A DNA stretch of 64,000 nt from Balanoglossus misakiensis (Eukaryota; Animalia; Hemichordata). The stretch lies in NCBI GenBank assembly GCA_040954595.2, contig CM082593.2, positions 62,001-126,000 on the forward strand, read 5' to 3'. The position numbers and the translations under genes were made by a program. The notes under the pieces were generated by a model that saw nothing but the letters and a program-made list of their open reading frames with translations, had not been told where the DNA came from and made no database searches. Below are positions 30,351 to 43,314 of this stretch, in pieces (the first letter of the stretch is position 1; every line of letters starts with the position of its first letter).

Positions 30351-33300
30351 TCATTCCATATCATCATCAAATCTGATGTGTACACTTGAAGCTGCATTTG
30401 TTGTTGATAATCTGCTGGCTTTACTGAGTACCTATAAACAAAACAAGATTATCAAAATGAGAGAACACTTTGTTATTTGTATGATATTTCTGTAAAGTGC
30501 AAGCCAAATGTATTAACAAGCTATTATTGTTTAACATCCATCTAAACAAAAGACTCCTACGTGCATGCAGTATTAAATAGCAAAACAGTCATGAGAACTT
30601 GTAAATCACAAATAAAGCATAAGTTGCATTCTCAATGCTCACTTGCTGACACAAAGACAGAGAATAATTCTAAGTATAAAATGAACACTGACCCTTTCCA
30701 AACCTTTCTTCTTTACCCGTTTGTTTTTCTTTCCAGAGTTTAATTTCGTGTTTCTATCAGCATTAATCTTCTCCCAGTATTGTTTTTCTTCATCTCCTGA
30801 AAAACCAATTAGTTTACAACCGGTATCAAAAGCCATACGAAAATTATCATGTAAATGATGTCCATATTTATACACTTAGACTTCTACATATAAAACAAAA
30901 CTAAACACAGTAGGTTATAAAAAAAATCCTGGTGAAATGGATTCAATCTCTAACAATCTGGGTATGAAGGAGAGAGCACCTTGGCAACTCAAACATTCAG
31001 TCATGTTGGGGAACTCTGAACTTCCAAGAATTGGGAAGGTGGTAGAGCGCCCCCACACGACTGAATGTTTCAGTCAAGGGGAAGGGCAAGTTGCAACTAA
31101 AATCTACCGCTTTCAATCTTGGTAATAGAAAGTCTGCAAAAGTCATTTATCGTGATTTACCTTTTAACAAAGTAACATACAGCTTACTGTCTTTTCCTGC
31201 TGTAGAGAAATGTTCCGTAATTTGCATAGCGCCCTCTGGTGTGTGAAATCTGACATAACCAGCTTTATCACCATCATGCATATCTATGTATGCTACTGGT
31301 GCAATGCTGGCTAGCTGTTCCTGTGTGAGAAAGGAACATTGGTAAATTGCATTAATGACACACCATTTTCTTTTATGCACGAACACACAGCTGCTTTGTA
31401 TTGTAAGCTATACACACATATAAATGCTCTCACCCTCAAGATTCTTTTAGTAGTAACTGGTTTACTGCATTCAAATTTGATGACAACACTATCGATGAAT
31501 GGTATTTCGGATGGTGTATCTTTGTTTGCTGTGATGACTTCCAGTTCTGATTGTTTATCTTTGCTTTTTGTGATGATTCCATGGGCTTTCTTCCAGTTTC
31601 CGTTTTGTACAGCAATCATGTCTTTCTTCAGCTGGGCCATATTTGCTTTCTGTAACTGCAAATACTCGTTTTTCAGTTCCAACCATTCCTTCCTGCAAAC
31701 AATTTTTTTAAAAATTAGTCTCAGATCTACTATTTATACAAATGTCTATGCAAAGAAACACGCTGGCAAATTGAAACAAACAATTGGGAGCACTTAGTCA
31801 ATAACGAAACCCATTATGGGGTATAAACGTAATGTTTTAGAGTTTACATATCTCACAGCTACTTACTTTGGTAAAACTCTAAGTCTGGGTGCATCAACCC
31901 TTTCCCTTTGTTTGATTTTCTTCTTTTTATTTCTCTTTCGTTTGGACTTTTCATATAACACTTTGGATTTGATCTCTTTCTTATCCACTCGTCTTCTGGT
32001 TCTCTCAAATGTATCGCTATCCTCATCATCTCGCTTTCTTTTCCGACCATGTTTTCCATCATGTTTTCTGTCATCATGTTCACCATGTTTTGGATCGCTG
32101 TCATATTCATTTTTATGAGTGTGTTCTTTCTCCTTAACTTTTTCTCTGTGATGTTTTTTATGTTTATCATGTTCTTGTTTACTTTTGTCATGTTTTCCAT
32201 GTTCTGGTGGAGGTGACTCACTCTTAGCAGACTTTTCACCAGCATTATCATGTTTGTCTTTCTTCCTATGCTCATATCCACCACTCTCTTCTTTGTTCTG
32301 TTTCTCTTCTTTCCTTTTTTTCCATCTACCGCCTTCTCCATCCTGCTCTGTCTTCTTCTTGGTTTCCTTGACAACATCTGTACTGTCTTCTCCTTCACTC
32401 CTCTGTCTTTTCCTCTTCCTGGATTGCTCTTCTCCATCTGAACCAATAATTTCACGTTTACTTCTCCTTTCCTTGCCATCACCATCTTTCCTGACTTCAC
32501 TTTCTTCTGCTTTTATCTCTTCCTTCTCAGTATTCTGTCCACATCTCTCCTCTTTTTCTGTTTTCACCGCCTGTGATGAAGGAATGAGTTTTCCTGCTCG
32601 AGTCCTGGGAAACTTTCCAACCTTGTCCGCTACATCTTCTGGTGGATTATTAAGCAGCTATCAATAAAGCCAACAGAAAAATTTTAATTGTGCAAAGGGT
32701 TTTGTTTCTGTGTTATACATTTGAAAGGCAAAATCTTAACATCTGCAGACATTTTCTCACCTGACATGCTTTGACTGCTTCTGCTGGAGTTTCAAACTCA
32801 ATAAACGCAAAACCTTTAAGGTCACCTGTTTTCTGATACTTAGGAATGCTGACATAAGTCACTTTACCACAAGTACTGAAGAGGGATTTGAGCCAGTCAT
32901 GAGTGGCCGTCTTGGGAAGACATTCCTGAGTGAAAATCAGTATATTGTAAAAAAAGACTGTTGTATGAAAATTTAAAGCAGCGTTATCTCAAAGATAATG
33001 AAGTGTCTTTCTTATGTACATGAACTATTGGCATTATATGACGATGAGTTTGATATCTTATGCCTTATGGGATTTCAGTTAGAATCATGATAGCTAGAAA
33101 TTCCCCTGCTGTCATTGTAATGAAACTTTGTACAAAATCAGTCAACGGACAAGAGACATGAGACTGAAGCTAAAAACGAGGGAATATATGAGACCTTAAA
33201 AGTGCTGCATAGTTAAGTAATTAATGTATATTTCAACCGGTATCAACATACTCACCACATATACTGTCAGATCATCTACATTAAATTCTGACTCTTTCAA

Positions 33301-33878
33301 AGGTTTACTCCTTCCAATCTGATTGCCATCATTACTGACCTGAAAATGAAACAAATATGTCATTATCTTTGCCATCTAATCATCCTGCAGCCAGTTGCAG
33401 ACTCAGCCATTTAGTGACAGCACCTACAGAAAACATTCTCACGCTGATTTGAACTTTTGGTCAGTTGTTCTGTCCCTTTGGTATGGTCTCTCATTTGATC
33501 TGTGTCTTTAGTAAAGTTAATGGTTAGCAGTTAATAACATGCAGACGAGTTAACAATACCGAATGATCCTACCTTCAATAGATTTGAGACTTTGGCAGCC
33601 CTTGAAATCAGTTTTTTGTCATCAGTCATTGACTTCAGTTTGTTGAATGACAGTAGTGTATCAATGTTCACAAAGCCATTATTACTGGCCATTTCCTGCT
33701 TCAAAAATCTGTCCTTGCGTAAATTGGCATCACCAAAGTAAAACTCCAACTGGTCTTTGATCTGTGAAACCAGTTTCTTGACTCGCTTTCTTTTTTTCTT
33801 CTCTGTACTTTTTGATTGAACGACTTCTGTTGTGGCTGTAGCAGACCCACTGTTTACCTCCTTGATCCTGTCAGACAT
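30351..33878 (-). CDS. LARP7: La-related protein 7 (7SK snRNP subunit); 8 coding exons, ~649 aa
   Basis: Exons 33878-33573 (La motif KDQLEFYFGDANLRKDRFLKQ), 33339-33256, 32925-32761 (RRM1 VECLPKTATHDWLKSLFSTCGKVTYVSIPKY..KGFAFIEF), 32657-31867 (long charged linker ..LRVLPK), 31692-31434 (KEWLELKNEYLQLQKANMAQLK), 31320-31161 (xRRM2 VAYID..GYVRF), 30796-30693 (EEKQYWEKINADR), 30431-30351 (..VHIRFDDDME*). Total 1950 nt, phases consistent. Confidence 0.94.
30991..31070. other. 80-nt imperfect hairpin in LARP7 intron 6
   Basis: AAACATTCAGTC pairs with GACTGAATGTTT (12 bp). Inner pairings are TGT/ACA, GGGG/CCCC, CTCTG/TAGAG and CTTCC/GGAAG around an 8-nt loop. Confidence 0.75.
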
Positions 33879-33884
33879 TTTACT

Positions 33885-34490
33885 CTACAAATAAAATTCT
33901 CTGTGTTAGAGTGTTTGTCAGTTGTTAGATTGCATTTAATACCAGGAAACATTATAAGTTGTGTAACACTTCTGTCCTCTAACCGAGTGGCGGACACGTC
34001 GACGTCCTTGGATTTTGTGTGTGTTTTTGACATAAACAATGTCATGCGTCTTTCATGAGCAAACAACCCCCCTACAATCACTGCAGCAGCTACAAGAAAG
34101 TAAAATAGCCAACTATTAAACTACCTACACTTTCAATGCACGCTATGCGTCCGTGATAATGCTTCCTTGATTTGAAAATGTCCAGATAACAACGGGGAAA
34201 GTCTACCTAACATGTAAGCAGTCACCATTCATACCCAGCGCCATGCGTACTCGTCAGCTGTGAATTACTAAGAATTTTGCAAGCTGGGACGTGAGTGGAC
34301 GAATTGTATCAATGAGTAGAACGAATAGCCAATGGAGTACAAGGTGACATTTGTCAATGAGGCTACAAAGGTTATCGCGCAGGGTCACTAGGGTTTCCCG
34401 TATACAAACGAGTAGGGAGTGACCTAGCAAGTGCAAGGGCGATTGTCGTCAAATTTCACTGCTGGAAAGTTGCGTTCCTGTCTAGCCACA
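33885..34490. promoter_or_regulatory. Compact head-to-head LARP7 / DHHC promoter region (~610 bp between start codons)
   Basis: Start codons diverge at 33878(-) and 34491(+). An acceptor 6 nt before the LARP7 ATG implies a non-coding first exon inside this interval. CCAAT near 34329; raised CpG content. Confidence 0.55.
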
Positions 34491-34785
34491 ATGGCAGATG
34501 ATTTGATCCCTTCCACCATCACCCCGAACGTTGGAATTGGAATGATGGCAAGCTTGATTGAAGCTGTCCAAAATTTCTCGTTGCAAGATTGCAAGCGAAT
34601 CATCGAGAGTAACCAGGAATCAGTGAATGTAATTGGTAAGCTCAATGCTTATCCCTTCCACTTCCCCGTCTGTTGGGTATAGACAGGGAAGTTGTAGGGC
34701 TACGGACCCGCGCAATACCGTAGCTCAAGTCGCCAGGTGATGATGATGATGATGATGTCATTATGATTATGATGATGAATCAGTT

Positions 34786-34820
<35 letters not shown>

Positions 34821-37800
34821 CATCATCATCATCATCATCATGACTTTATGATTATGAAGATGGGTGGTGGTGGTGGTGGTGATGATGATGATTATGGCCT
34901 CTGAATATAAACACAAGGTGAAAATATGGCTTGAATATTAAAGAAATGTTATTATTTTTTTAATTTTACCTTTGGTTGGTTGATTTAATTTTCTACTTCT
35001 ATTGAAGGATGGATGGGTTTCACACCTCTTCATAAAGCATCTCTACGAGGGAATCCAGAGATTGTCCAATTACTGCTTGACTATGGTGCCGAAGTCAACC
35101 AACCTAACAATGCTGGTGAATTACCAATCCACTATGCATGCAAACGTGGCAACCCTATCATCATACACAACCTTATTGAACATGGTGCAAAACTTGATGA
35201 AGTTGATTCTCTGGGAAGAGGCTGTATGCACCATGCTTCATTAGCTGGCTCAATGTAAGTGCAGTGGAATTCATACATACTTGTACATGTTTAATAACTG
35301 CATTTGTTGAATTTGACAAATATGGAGTAGATTTTTCATAAAAATGACATGTTCATGCGTGGATGTATAGTAATTAGAGCAAGGTATTCAAGTCTACTGA
35401 TTAAGTTAACTTTATGTATTTCAGATATGCAATGCAATATCTTTCACAAACGGCTGGTCTTGGTTTCAAGGAGAGAGATCACAAGTAGGTACCAATTCAT
35501 TGAGTATTTGTACCACACCATTCGAACTACATGTTTGTACCACGTATAAGTTGGGTATACCAATTACCATTCATTCGTACCATACACAAGATGAGAGCTG
35601 CTACTCAAAGTTGGGGATTGTGTAGCAACCAGTAAAGAAGAAAATAGTATTTGAATAAATTTATCAGATAGAAACAAGTATGGTCAACTACAACCTATTT
35701 ATCCATCGATGAACTTTTGTCATTGATCCCTAACTGTGATTTCTTTCTTTGTTTGCAGTGGCCTAACTCCTTTGCATATTGTCTCCCAGTTTGGACATTT
35801 CGATTGTGTGCGATACTTACTAAAAAATAAGGTAACAGTTTATGTTACAGTTCCTGTTTATTTTCACCTGTACATCAGTACATTAGTGCAAAAGTAATGA
35901 AATGTTTCTCAAACAACATGTGCACAGCAGGGCTCAAAATTATGGAAACTGCTGTAATGGGAACATACCTGATTTCTTTCCAGAGGTCTGATGTCGGTTG
36001 TGTGGACAATAACGGTAATTTACCACTTCATCTAGCATGTCAGAATGCCCAGGCTGAAACTGCCTGGGTTTTACTACAGAGAGGAAGTATTGCAGACATC
36101 CATCAGAAAAACCAAGATGGAGATAGTCCACTGGACATTGCTAGAGATGGTACTTCATACAGGTAATGTTGACATGGATCAGAAAAGTCACATGCATTTT
36201 TGTGTTTCAGGTCATTTTGCTTCCCACGTGCTCATTCAACCCACCTGGTTTTCTCTCAGTATTGGCTAGATCTGCTAATCAAGTTGGACTGAGACATTTG
36301 CAATGTCATTCATAGCAGCCATATGAATTAAAGCATATTTTCTGGTATTACAGACATGGACCTCTAGCAGAAGAATTAGCCTACTGGGGTTCAGTCAAGA
36401 ATCAAAACCAGTCACCTAAGGGGCCATTATTTACCTGGTACTTTCTGATGGCATTACCTACACTGGCATTTACTGGTATCATAGTGATAGCAGAGATGTT
36501 GGGTTCCTTTGGTGGCGTGGTTTCATTCTTCAGCATTCTTTACTTAGCATTTTTCATGGGCAAGCAGATGCATAGAATCAGCCATATTTCAAGGTAAAGT
36601 GTCAAATTTCAAAATATAAAACATTCATTTCCAGATTAACCAAACCCAAAGCTAACACACCACTGAAGTCCCCTTTAAATTTCATTTTTCAGATGATAAC
36701 ATGACTACTAAGTATTATTTCATACCAAAATGTCTTGCTTGTTTATTTGTTTGTTTACAGATGGGCCAATCCAATATTTGCTGGTGCCTTTGCAGGAGGT
36801 CTGCTGCACACTTCCATTTGTTACTTCTGTTTCGTTCTTCCGGATATCCTTTGAATATTTCTTGTCATTAATAGTAGATGCATACATCACATTTATTGTT
36901 TGTAATGTCTCTAAGCTGACATGATTCTCTGACAATTTGCCTTAACTCTTTTCACCCATCTGGCCAACATATTTCTACTTGGGTTTTACAAGTTATCTAT
37001 TGATGATGTATCTGTATATAATGGTGCTTATTAAGGATCCAGGGGTCTGCAGAGTGCCCCGTAGAGGAAGTGGAAAAGACTGTCCTTACATGACCATAGA
37101 GCATGTTGCTCACAAAGAACTCAAACTGGAAAACTATTGCAGTTTTTGTGAGGTATTGTACCAGTTTCATGCAACTCTAAGATAAATTAACGCTAGTGCA
37201 CAGTAAGTTGTCATTGACACTATTGGAAAGATGTTGAATTTCATCCTGACAAAATCACTACAGCTAACTGTTATATGTATATTGCTCCCATCAGTCATTC
37301 TGCAATTGACTTTCAAAATCCTTTTTACATTTCAGATTTCTTTACCAGATAAGACACGGCACTGCAAACTGTGTGAAAACTGTATGGTTGAAATGGACCA
37401 TCACTGTTTATTCCTAATGAAGTGTGTTGCCAAGAACAATCACCACAAGTTCATGTACATGATACTGGTAGTGATGCTGACCCAGATCCTCTTCATATTT
37501 TCAGCCTCTGAGTTCCTGAAACTCAACTATCCTGATATACCAATGAGTGGCCTGTTTAATGTACTCTTTTCACAACAGCCCTGGGTATTTACTATCACTT
37601 TCGTCAACACTTTGTCCATAATCTGGGGTTTATTTTTGCTGAAAAACCAAGTGGAGGTCATCGCCACCGGATATACCACCGTTATACGACCACCACTGCA
37701 TGTTCTTCGTGAGCTCACCTTTCCAGACAAACTGAACAATGTTATCAACTTCTTTCTTGGAAGGAAAACTATTTCTGCAGAAGACTTGATCGATTTCCAC

Positions 37801-37842
37801 ACAAAACATGATTTGGACAGATTGAATGTACATACAGTGTGA
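34491..37842 (+). CDS. Ankyrin-repeat DHHC palmitoyltransferase (ZDHHC13/17/Akr1-type architecture, divergent); 9 exons, ~576 aa
   Basis: Exons 34491-34635, 35008-35254, 35425-35484, 35759-35831, 35984-36162, 36354-36593, 36761-36843, 36956-37152, 37336-37842 (1731 nt). Ankyrin repeats (GFTPLHKA, GELPIHYAC, GLTPLHIV, GNLPLHLAC, GDSPLDIA), TM segments, KDPG motif, and the Cys-rich domain YCSFCEISLPDKTRHCKLCENCMVEMDHHCLFLMKCVAKNNH. Intron 7 is AT-AC. Confidence 0.9.
34738..34895. repeat. Compound (GAT)n/(CAT)n/(GGT)n microsatellite in DHHC intron 1
   Basis: Runs are directly visible; the GAT-to-CAT switch forms a perfect 44-bp palindrome at 34798-34841. Confidence 0.9.
36844..36955 (+). other. 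U12-type (minor spliceosome) AT-AC intron, 112 nt
   Basis: 5' end ATATCCTTT (U12 consensus RTATCCTTT); branch site TTGCCTTAAC at 36937-36946; 3' end TTCAC about 10 nt further on. Splicing it joins CCG G|CC ATC TGG and restores the frame to DPG and DHHC. Confidence 0.93.
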
Positions 37843-40800
37843 CATGTATATTATCTTATCTTTCATATGTTATCTTTCTCACTTGAATTAATCATTTATT
37901 TATTCACAAGAGCTTTAAAATTAAGCTTACTTTCTAAGTTGTTTGGATAAGTTATAATTTGTTTTGAAAAATAGTAATGTCTGGAAAGATTCTGAGATAT
38001 TGATCCAGCACACTTGCTAAAAGATTGCCGAAACATAAAAAAATGTTTAAATTGTTAATGATTATTCATAGAAATTGCACTTTCAGTGAATTTAAACATT
38101 TTAAGAAAAATAATCTCTTCCTAGTAATTTGATGAGAAGATGAAAATATTATGTCTTTCAGTTATGTACACCAGTTAATTTTTTAAATCTTTTTCTTAGG
38201 TGAAATGCAAATCCTGTCGGCTGAAACTAAGTTGACAAAGTAATTTGAATAAAACTTCATAAATTTAACATTTTTGTCCTGTCATTTTCTTCATTAATGT
38301 TGCTTGAATGCTGGCAACAGGGAGACAGAATAAACCACATGAACATATGTAAACCCAATGAAAATGTAGAGGCTGAATTATTAAAACAGGGAACCAGGTG
38401 TGGACCAGAATGATACACCTTAACATCTTAAAGTAAACCCTTACCTAGCAGTGGTTTACAGAGTTTGGGAGAGTACAAACATTGAAATCATTTTCAGAAG
38501 TTAGAAAGAGACTGCTGTTGGATCATTAAAACACAATACAGTTGAAGTTTTTAAATGTAGTCAATTTCTTATTTAATGATTTATTTACATATTGCTAAGA
38601 AATTATACAAGAATCAGCAACAACTTATTATTAAAAAGCTTCCATGGAAATGAAATTTGCCACAACTTGACATTCTATTGAAGATTTTGAATTTTCCATT
38701 TTCAAAACTAATACTAGTTAATTAGACTGACTGCACATGATCCATGTCTAATGGAAATTCAAATAAACTGTCAAATAATTACGCCAAAATTGTGAATTGG
38801 TTTTTATAGTACCTTTTCTAGTACACTTCAGGGGAAAATTTGCATATTTTAAAACTTAACAATCTTTTGTCCAAGTTAATACTAATACCAAAAACTACTC
38901 TCTTAGTTACAAAATGAGACACCAGCTTGCTGGTTTTGAGGTACTTTCTGTTAAACTGGTTCAAATAATGTTCATAATACATGTAAAACACAATATTGTA
39001 CGTAAAAATTAATGCTAAGACATCTGTGAGAATAACCTGTTCCCAAACATACTCTGTCAATATGTTGGAATCTTGACACAAATGAAAACAATGCTATCAT
39101 AGGTATAATTTTGACACAATCTACCAAAATATCTATTGAAGTTTTTGGAAAATAAAATTTGTTTGTAGTGAAGAACATTGTGTCCAATAGTTGACCACTT
39201 CATTCAATATTGAAGTTTTACTTCTGGACATTTTGACTGGTTAAGAAATTCTGTAAAACTGTATCTGTGTTCTTTGTCATGTGATGGATAAGAAACATTT
39301 CTGAAATAACTCCCTATGTTCAAGACATATTCATTTTTAGCAGGATGCAACTATGAAAAAAATGTACAGACCCTGTTAAAATCAACAACTTGGCACAGAA
39401 TTCAGCTCTTTGAAAAATCAACTCCCATAATATGTAGTTACAACTAATTGACAATTTTTATCGAGACAGAGAGAAGACGCAATTAACGACTTCATTAAAA
39501 TGCATGATGATCAAATTAAAATGTACAGCATAATTACCTTACTTAAAACAAAGCAGATTTCCCTTGAGTTGTTGCATCATTTTTTTGGCGGATTGTAAAA
39601 AGATTTATGATGGGTTTTCTTAATCTGAGGATATCTACCACACATCTATGAAGGAAGTATGAAAAAGTTAGTAGACATGTACATATAAAAATGTTCTTTG
39701 TCATTTGTACGGGGGTAGTATTCAAACATGAAAAAGAAAAATAAGGTGGAACCTGGTCCACAACAGAAACTGCAATTTATTGGGAGCCAAAATAAAGCAA
39801 AGGGATTGAAAATTAGTAAATAAATACAAGACTGAAATCACAATGTTATGTTGAAGTGCAATTCAGCAATGGTAGTAATTGAAATCATTTCAAACACAAC
39901 GATCAAATAGAACAAACAAAAAATCCCATGATGCAATAGGTTTTGCTGAATATGTTAATATCAATGTATAAATCGTCAAAAATAAATTGGTGGTTTTTGT
40001 ATAGTATGTCCATGGTCAGATTGCAAGAAACACATATTCAGAATAGGTTTTAAGTTTCCAAATTACCTGAAATGTTTACAGCAGTGAGTATGGCGCACTT
40101 CATCTGTCAGCATGGTACACTCGCTCTTCTGAACTACGTACATGTAATTGACATAAAATACTTGAGATGTACACCACAGGTAATGTGATTGGAGGTATTG
40201 TGGGGAAAAACAACAATCACAAATGCTACAACAACTGGCGTATGTTGTATTTTGTTAGTCTTAGGGGGCTATATTGGTGGATTTTGAAGTTTTTTGTCAT
40301 ACTAGCTATAACAAGTACACCATATGATTCAAGTTATCTCAAATGGCATTGCAACATTTCTACCAATACATTAATATCCGAGTTGTTTAGGCACAAAATG
40401 TACTTAAGCCCACAAATTCAAATTATCACAAAGAATTACATGTAAATTATAAGTTTGTGGACACTGGTTTAAAGAAAACAAAGACTAATTCAATTTATGG
40501 TTTAAAATGATACTTGCAGTCATAAAAGATGAAACTACTGTTGAGAAATCTTAGTTTAGTTTGTAGTATCATATCAAGTCTCTAACCCCAATATCCTCAA
40601 CATGAAACAATCTGAAGAATGAATTATATCATCTTTCAGAAAGATAATGGATTAACAAGTCAAGATGAATAATAAGTGCAACAGTCTGAAGTCTAATAGA
40701 TCTGACCAAAAAAATCACATATCAACAACTGAACCACATTTACAGATTCCACAAACTGTGTGTATTTACATTGTTTGATTTACAGTTACACATCAAAAGT

Positions 40801-43314
40801 AAAAATATTAATATCAAGAGAAATCATTTATTCTGTACATTACAGACTATACCTTGAACTATTAGTTATCAAGTTTAAAATTTAGTAAAAATTGCATAGC
40901 AGAATTTAGACAGAATTTTCCTTCAACATTATTCAACACCCAAGTATTGGATTGAGAACTTAACTATAGCATACATGTACACTGATTTTTCTGTTTGTTT
41001 GTTTGTTTGTTTTTTGTAATAAAAAAAAACAAAGAAGCAAGAAGATGGATTCTTCTGCTGGATGGAAACACAGAATATTCAAGATGTGACCTTCATATTA
41101 GCATCAAGACATTTAAATGAAATGTTCCAGGAGGAACACTGGCTTAAACCTCAACTATAGAAATTACATATGACATATACAGTGTACATACATTCAACTA
41201 CAAAATTCTTTCTTTCTGTCTGTCTCACTCACTCTCCCATTTACGCACACAGAATGCAGACATAAAATGCAAAGACAAACAAAATAAATGTCACAGAATC
41301 AAGCAACAGAATCCTTTAACTGAATGTGACTCACCACTTTGTAAATATTCTGAAATTATTTGACAAGTGACAAATTTCTCACAAATGACATTAAGCAACA
41401 TTTAAGTACAATTGCCACTAGTAATGAATTTTCTGCGTGGCTGACCGGTAGTTTCAAGCAACAGTACGTTATCTCAGACACAATTCCACACAATGCAGTG
41501 ACGCACAGATCACACCATGGAAAGTGCGCCCTCTCACGTCTGTTGTTTACTTCTACCTTCCCTTCATCACATGTATTGAACTTGAATTTGGAGGATCTCA
41601 GAGTGGTGTATGAGGAAATTTTCAGGATTGTAGAGAGTGGTAAACTGACCCAGGAATTGCACGTTGTTGTTTTTTACGGTACCTTTGACCAAGTTCACCA
41701 TCATGCAGTGGGATCAGGATTTCAGGATATTCGGAGTGTGTTTTTCACCTGTTCCCAAACGAAACTGAATTAGTTATTTATGTTTTTTATGGAGAGGAAC
41801 TGCTCTTCAAGTAAAGATCAGTCATTAAAACAATCCATTATTCTAAGTTTTTAGTCTCAACTGAATCAACAACTTTAAATTCTTTGTGCAATCTAAACCC
41901 AATATTTGATAATTACCAATAAACTATTCCCACTATAAATTTTCCCAAACATTTTGGTTCTGTTGCTTTTCTTGTGAAAGTCTGAAAGAATTTCTTCTAT
42001 AGCTTGCCCACTGACCAGTCAGAAGAAAGTTCATTGGACAAAACTATGGCCAATGAAATTCTATCCTGGAATAGGGCCTTGTCTGAACTTTCATACATGA
42101 TGCACAGAAAACATTAAATGTTAGGGAACGTCTCTTCTTACAGAAATTATCTGGTAAGTAGAAGTTATTGCTGAAACTGTCCAAACATTCCTTTTGGTAA
42201 ATTTCAAAATTGTTATTATTATAAAGCATTACCTTCTTGTCAAACCACCACAGATCTCAAACAACATGCATAAACACACTGAAAAAATTACCATCATTGA
42301 TAGTTGTACGTCACCCATGTAATAAACACAACATGATTGTCAAAAGACACAAGTGTAGGTATCACTACCAACGATGTTGGTATTATCCCATTACAATGTG
42401 AATAACATCGATTACAGATATTGCTTTTTTTTCAATTCCCAACAAGAGAAGTTACAGTTTCAAACAAAATGGAAGAAAAATAACATTCACAGTATGAGAG
42501 GGAAATCATACAATATGATATGTTCTGTGATCTTTGATTTTGAAATGAATTTACTCAAGGCACTTCAATGGTAACACTTCCATTTGAACGTTCATATCAG
42601 AGAAGACGAACTATTACAACAACAGTGTTTGCAGGAGTGTTATTCTTTTATGTTAATTACCACTCCTACCACCACAAGTACTCATTTTGTAGATGTATGC
42701 TATTAATGCTACACCAAAACACAATTTGATATTTGATATAACTGTTTGGCATGTCTTTCTAACCTTCAACCCGATTTGTGGATTTATTCTAACCGTGACA
42801 ACAATGGGATCAAATCGTTGTGTTGTGGTGGCATGGGTAAAAACATTAGGCGGTGTGTTTCACTTGATGCAGTGTGCTATACGGCAATGATGCTTTCATA
42901 TCCTCTCCTGTAAATTTACATGTCACCTGTAACAGTGTACAATAAAAAGAAGAAGATGTGATTTTGGTTGTTGTTTTTTCATTTTGGGAAAAATGGTTAA
43001 CCTTTGATATTCCCATGCATCAAGACAAAGTCCATAACACTGAGTAATCTGATTGCATGCCACTGGTGAATGTTGCTGAAAATAATCTGAAAGTGTCAGC
43101 AAGTTACCTTGAGTAGATCACAGAACATGCCAGAACACCCCATATATATAGACCGCAGTGAAAATATTACACCAATGGTAAAGTTCCAGTCACCATGACA
43201 ACACAGGACTGACAGATAAAATAGGCAAAACAATCCAAAGACGGTACAGTTTCTGATTGGAAATCACATGTTTTGTTTCAAGAATTGGAGATGACCAGGG
43301 GGTTGGGTACAAAA

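Noticed and set aside
31859-32500. 213-aa alternative-frame ORF overlapping LARP7 exon 4
   Set aside because: Expected by-product of purine-rich, T-poor low-complexity coding sequence; no independent evidence for dual coding.
41360-41773. 137-aa plus-strand ORF
   Set aside because: Non-ATG start, no domain, no supporting exons; lies antisense in the presumed KCNMA1 3' region.
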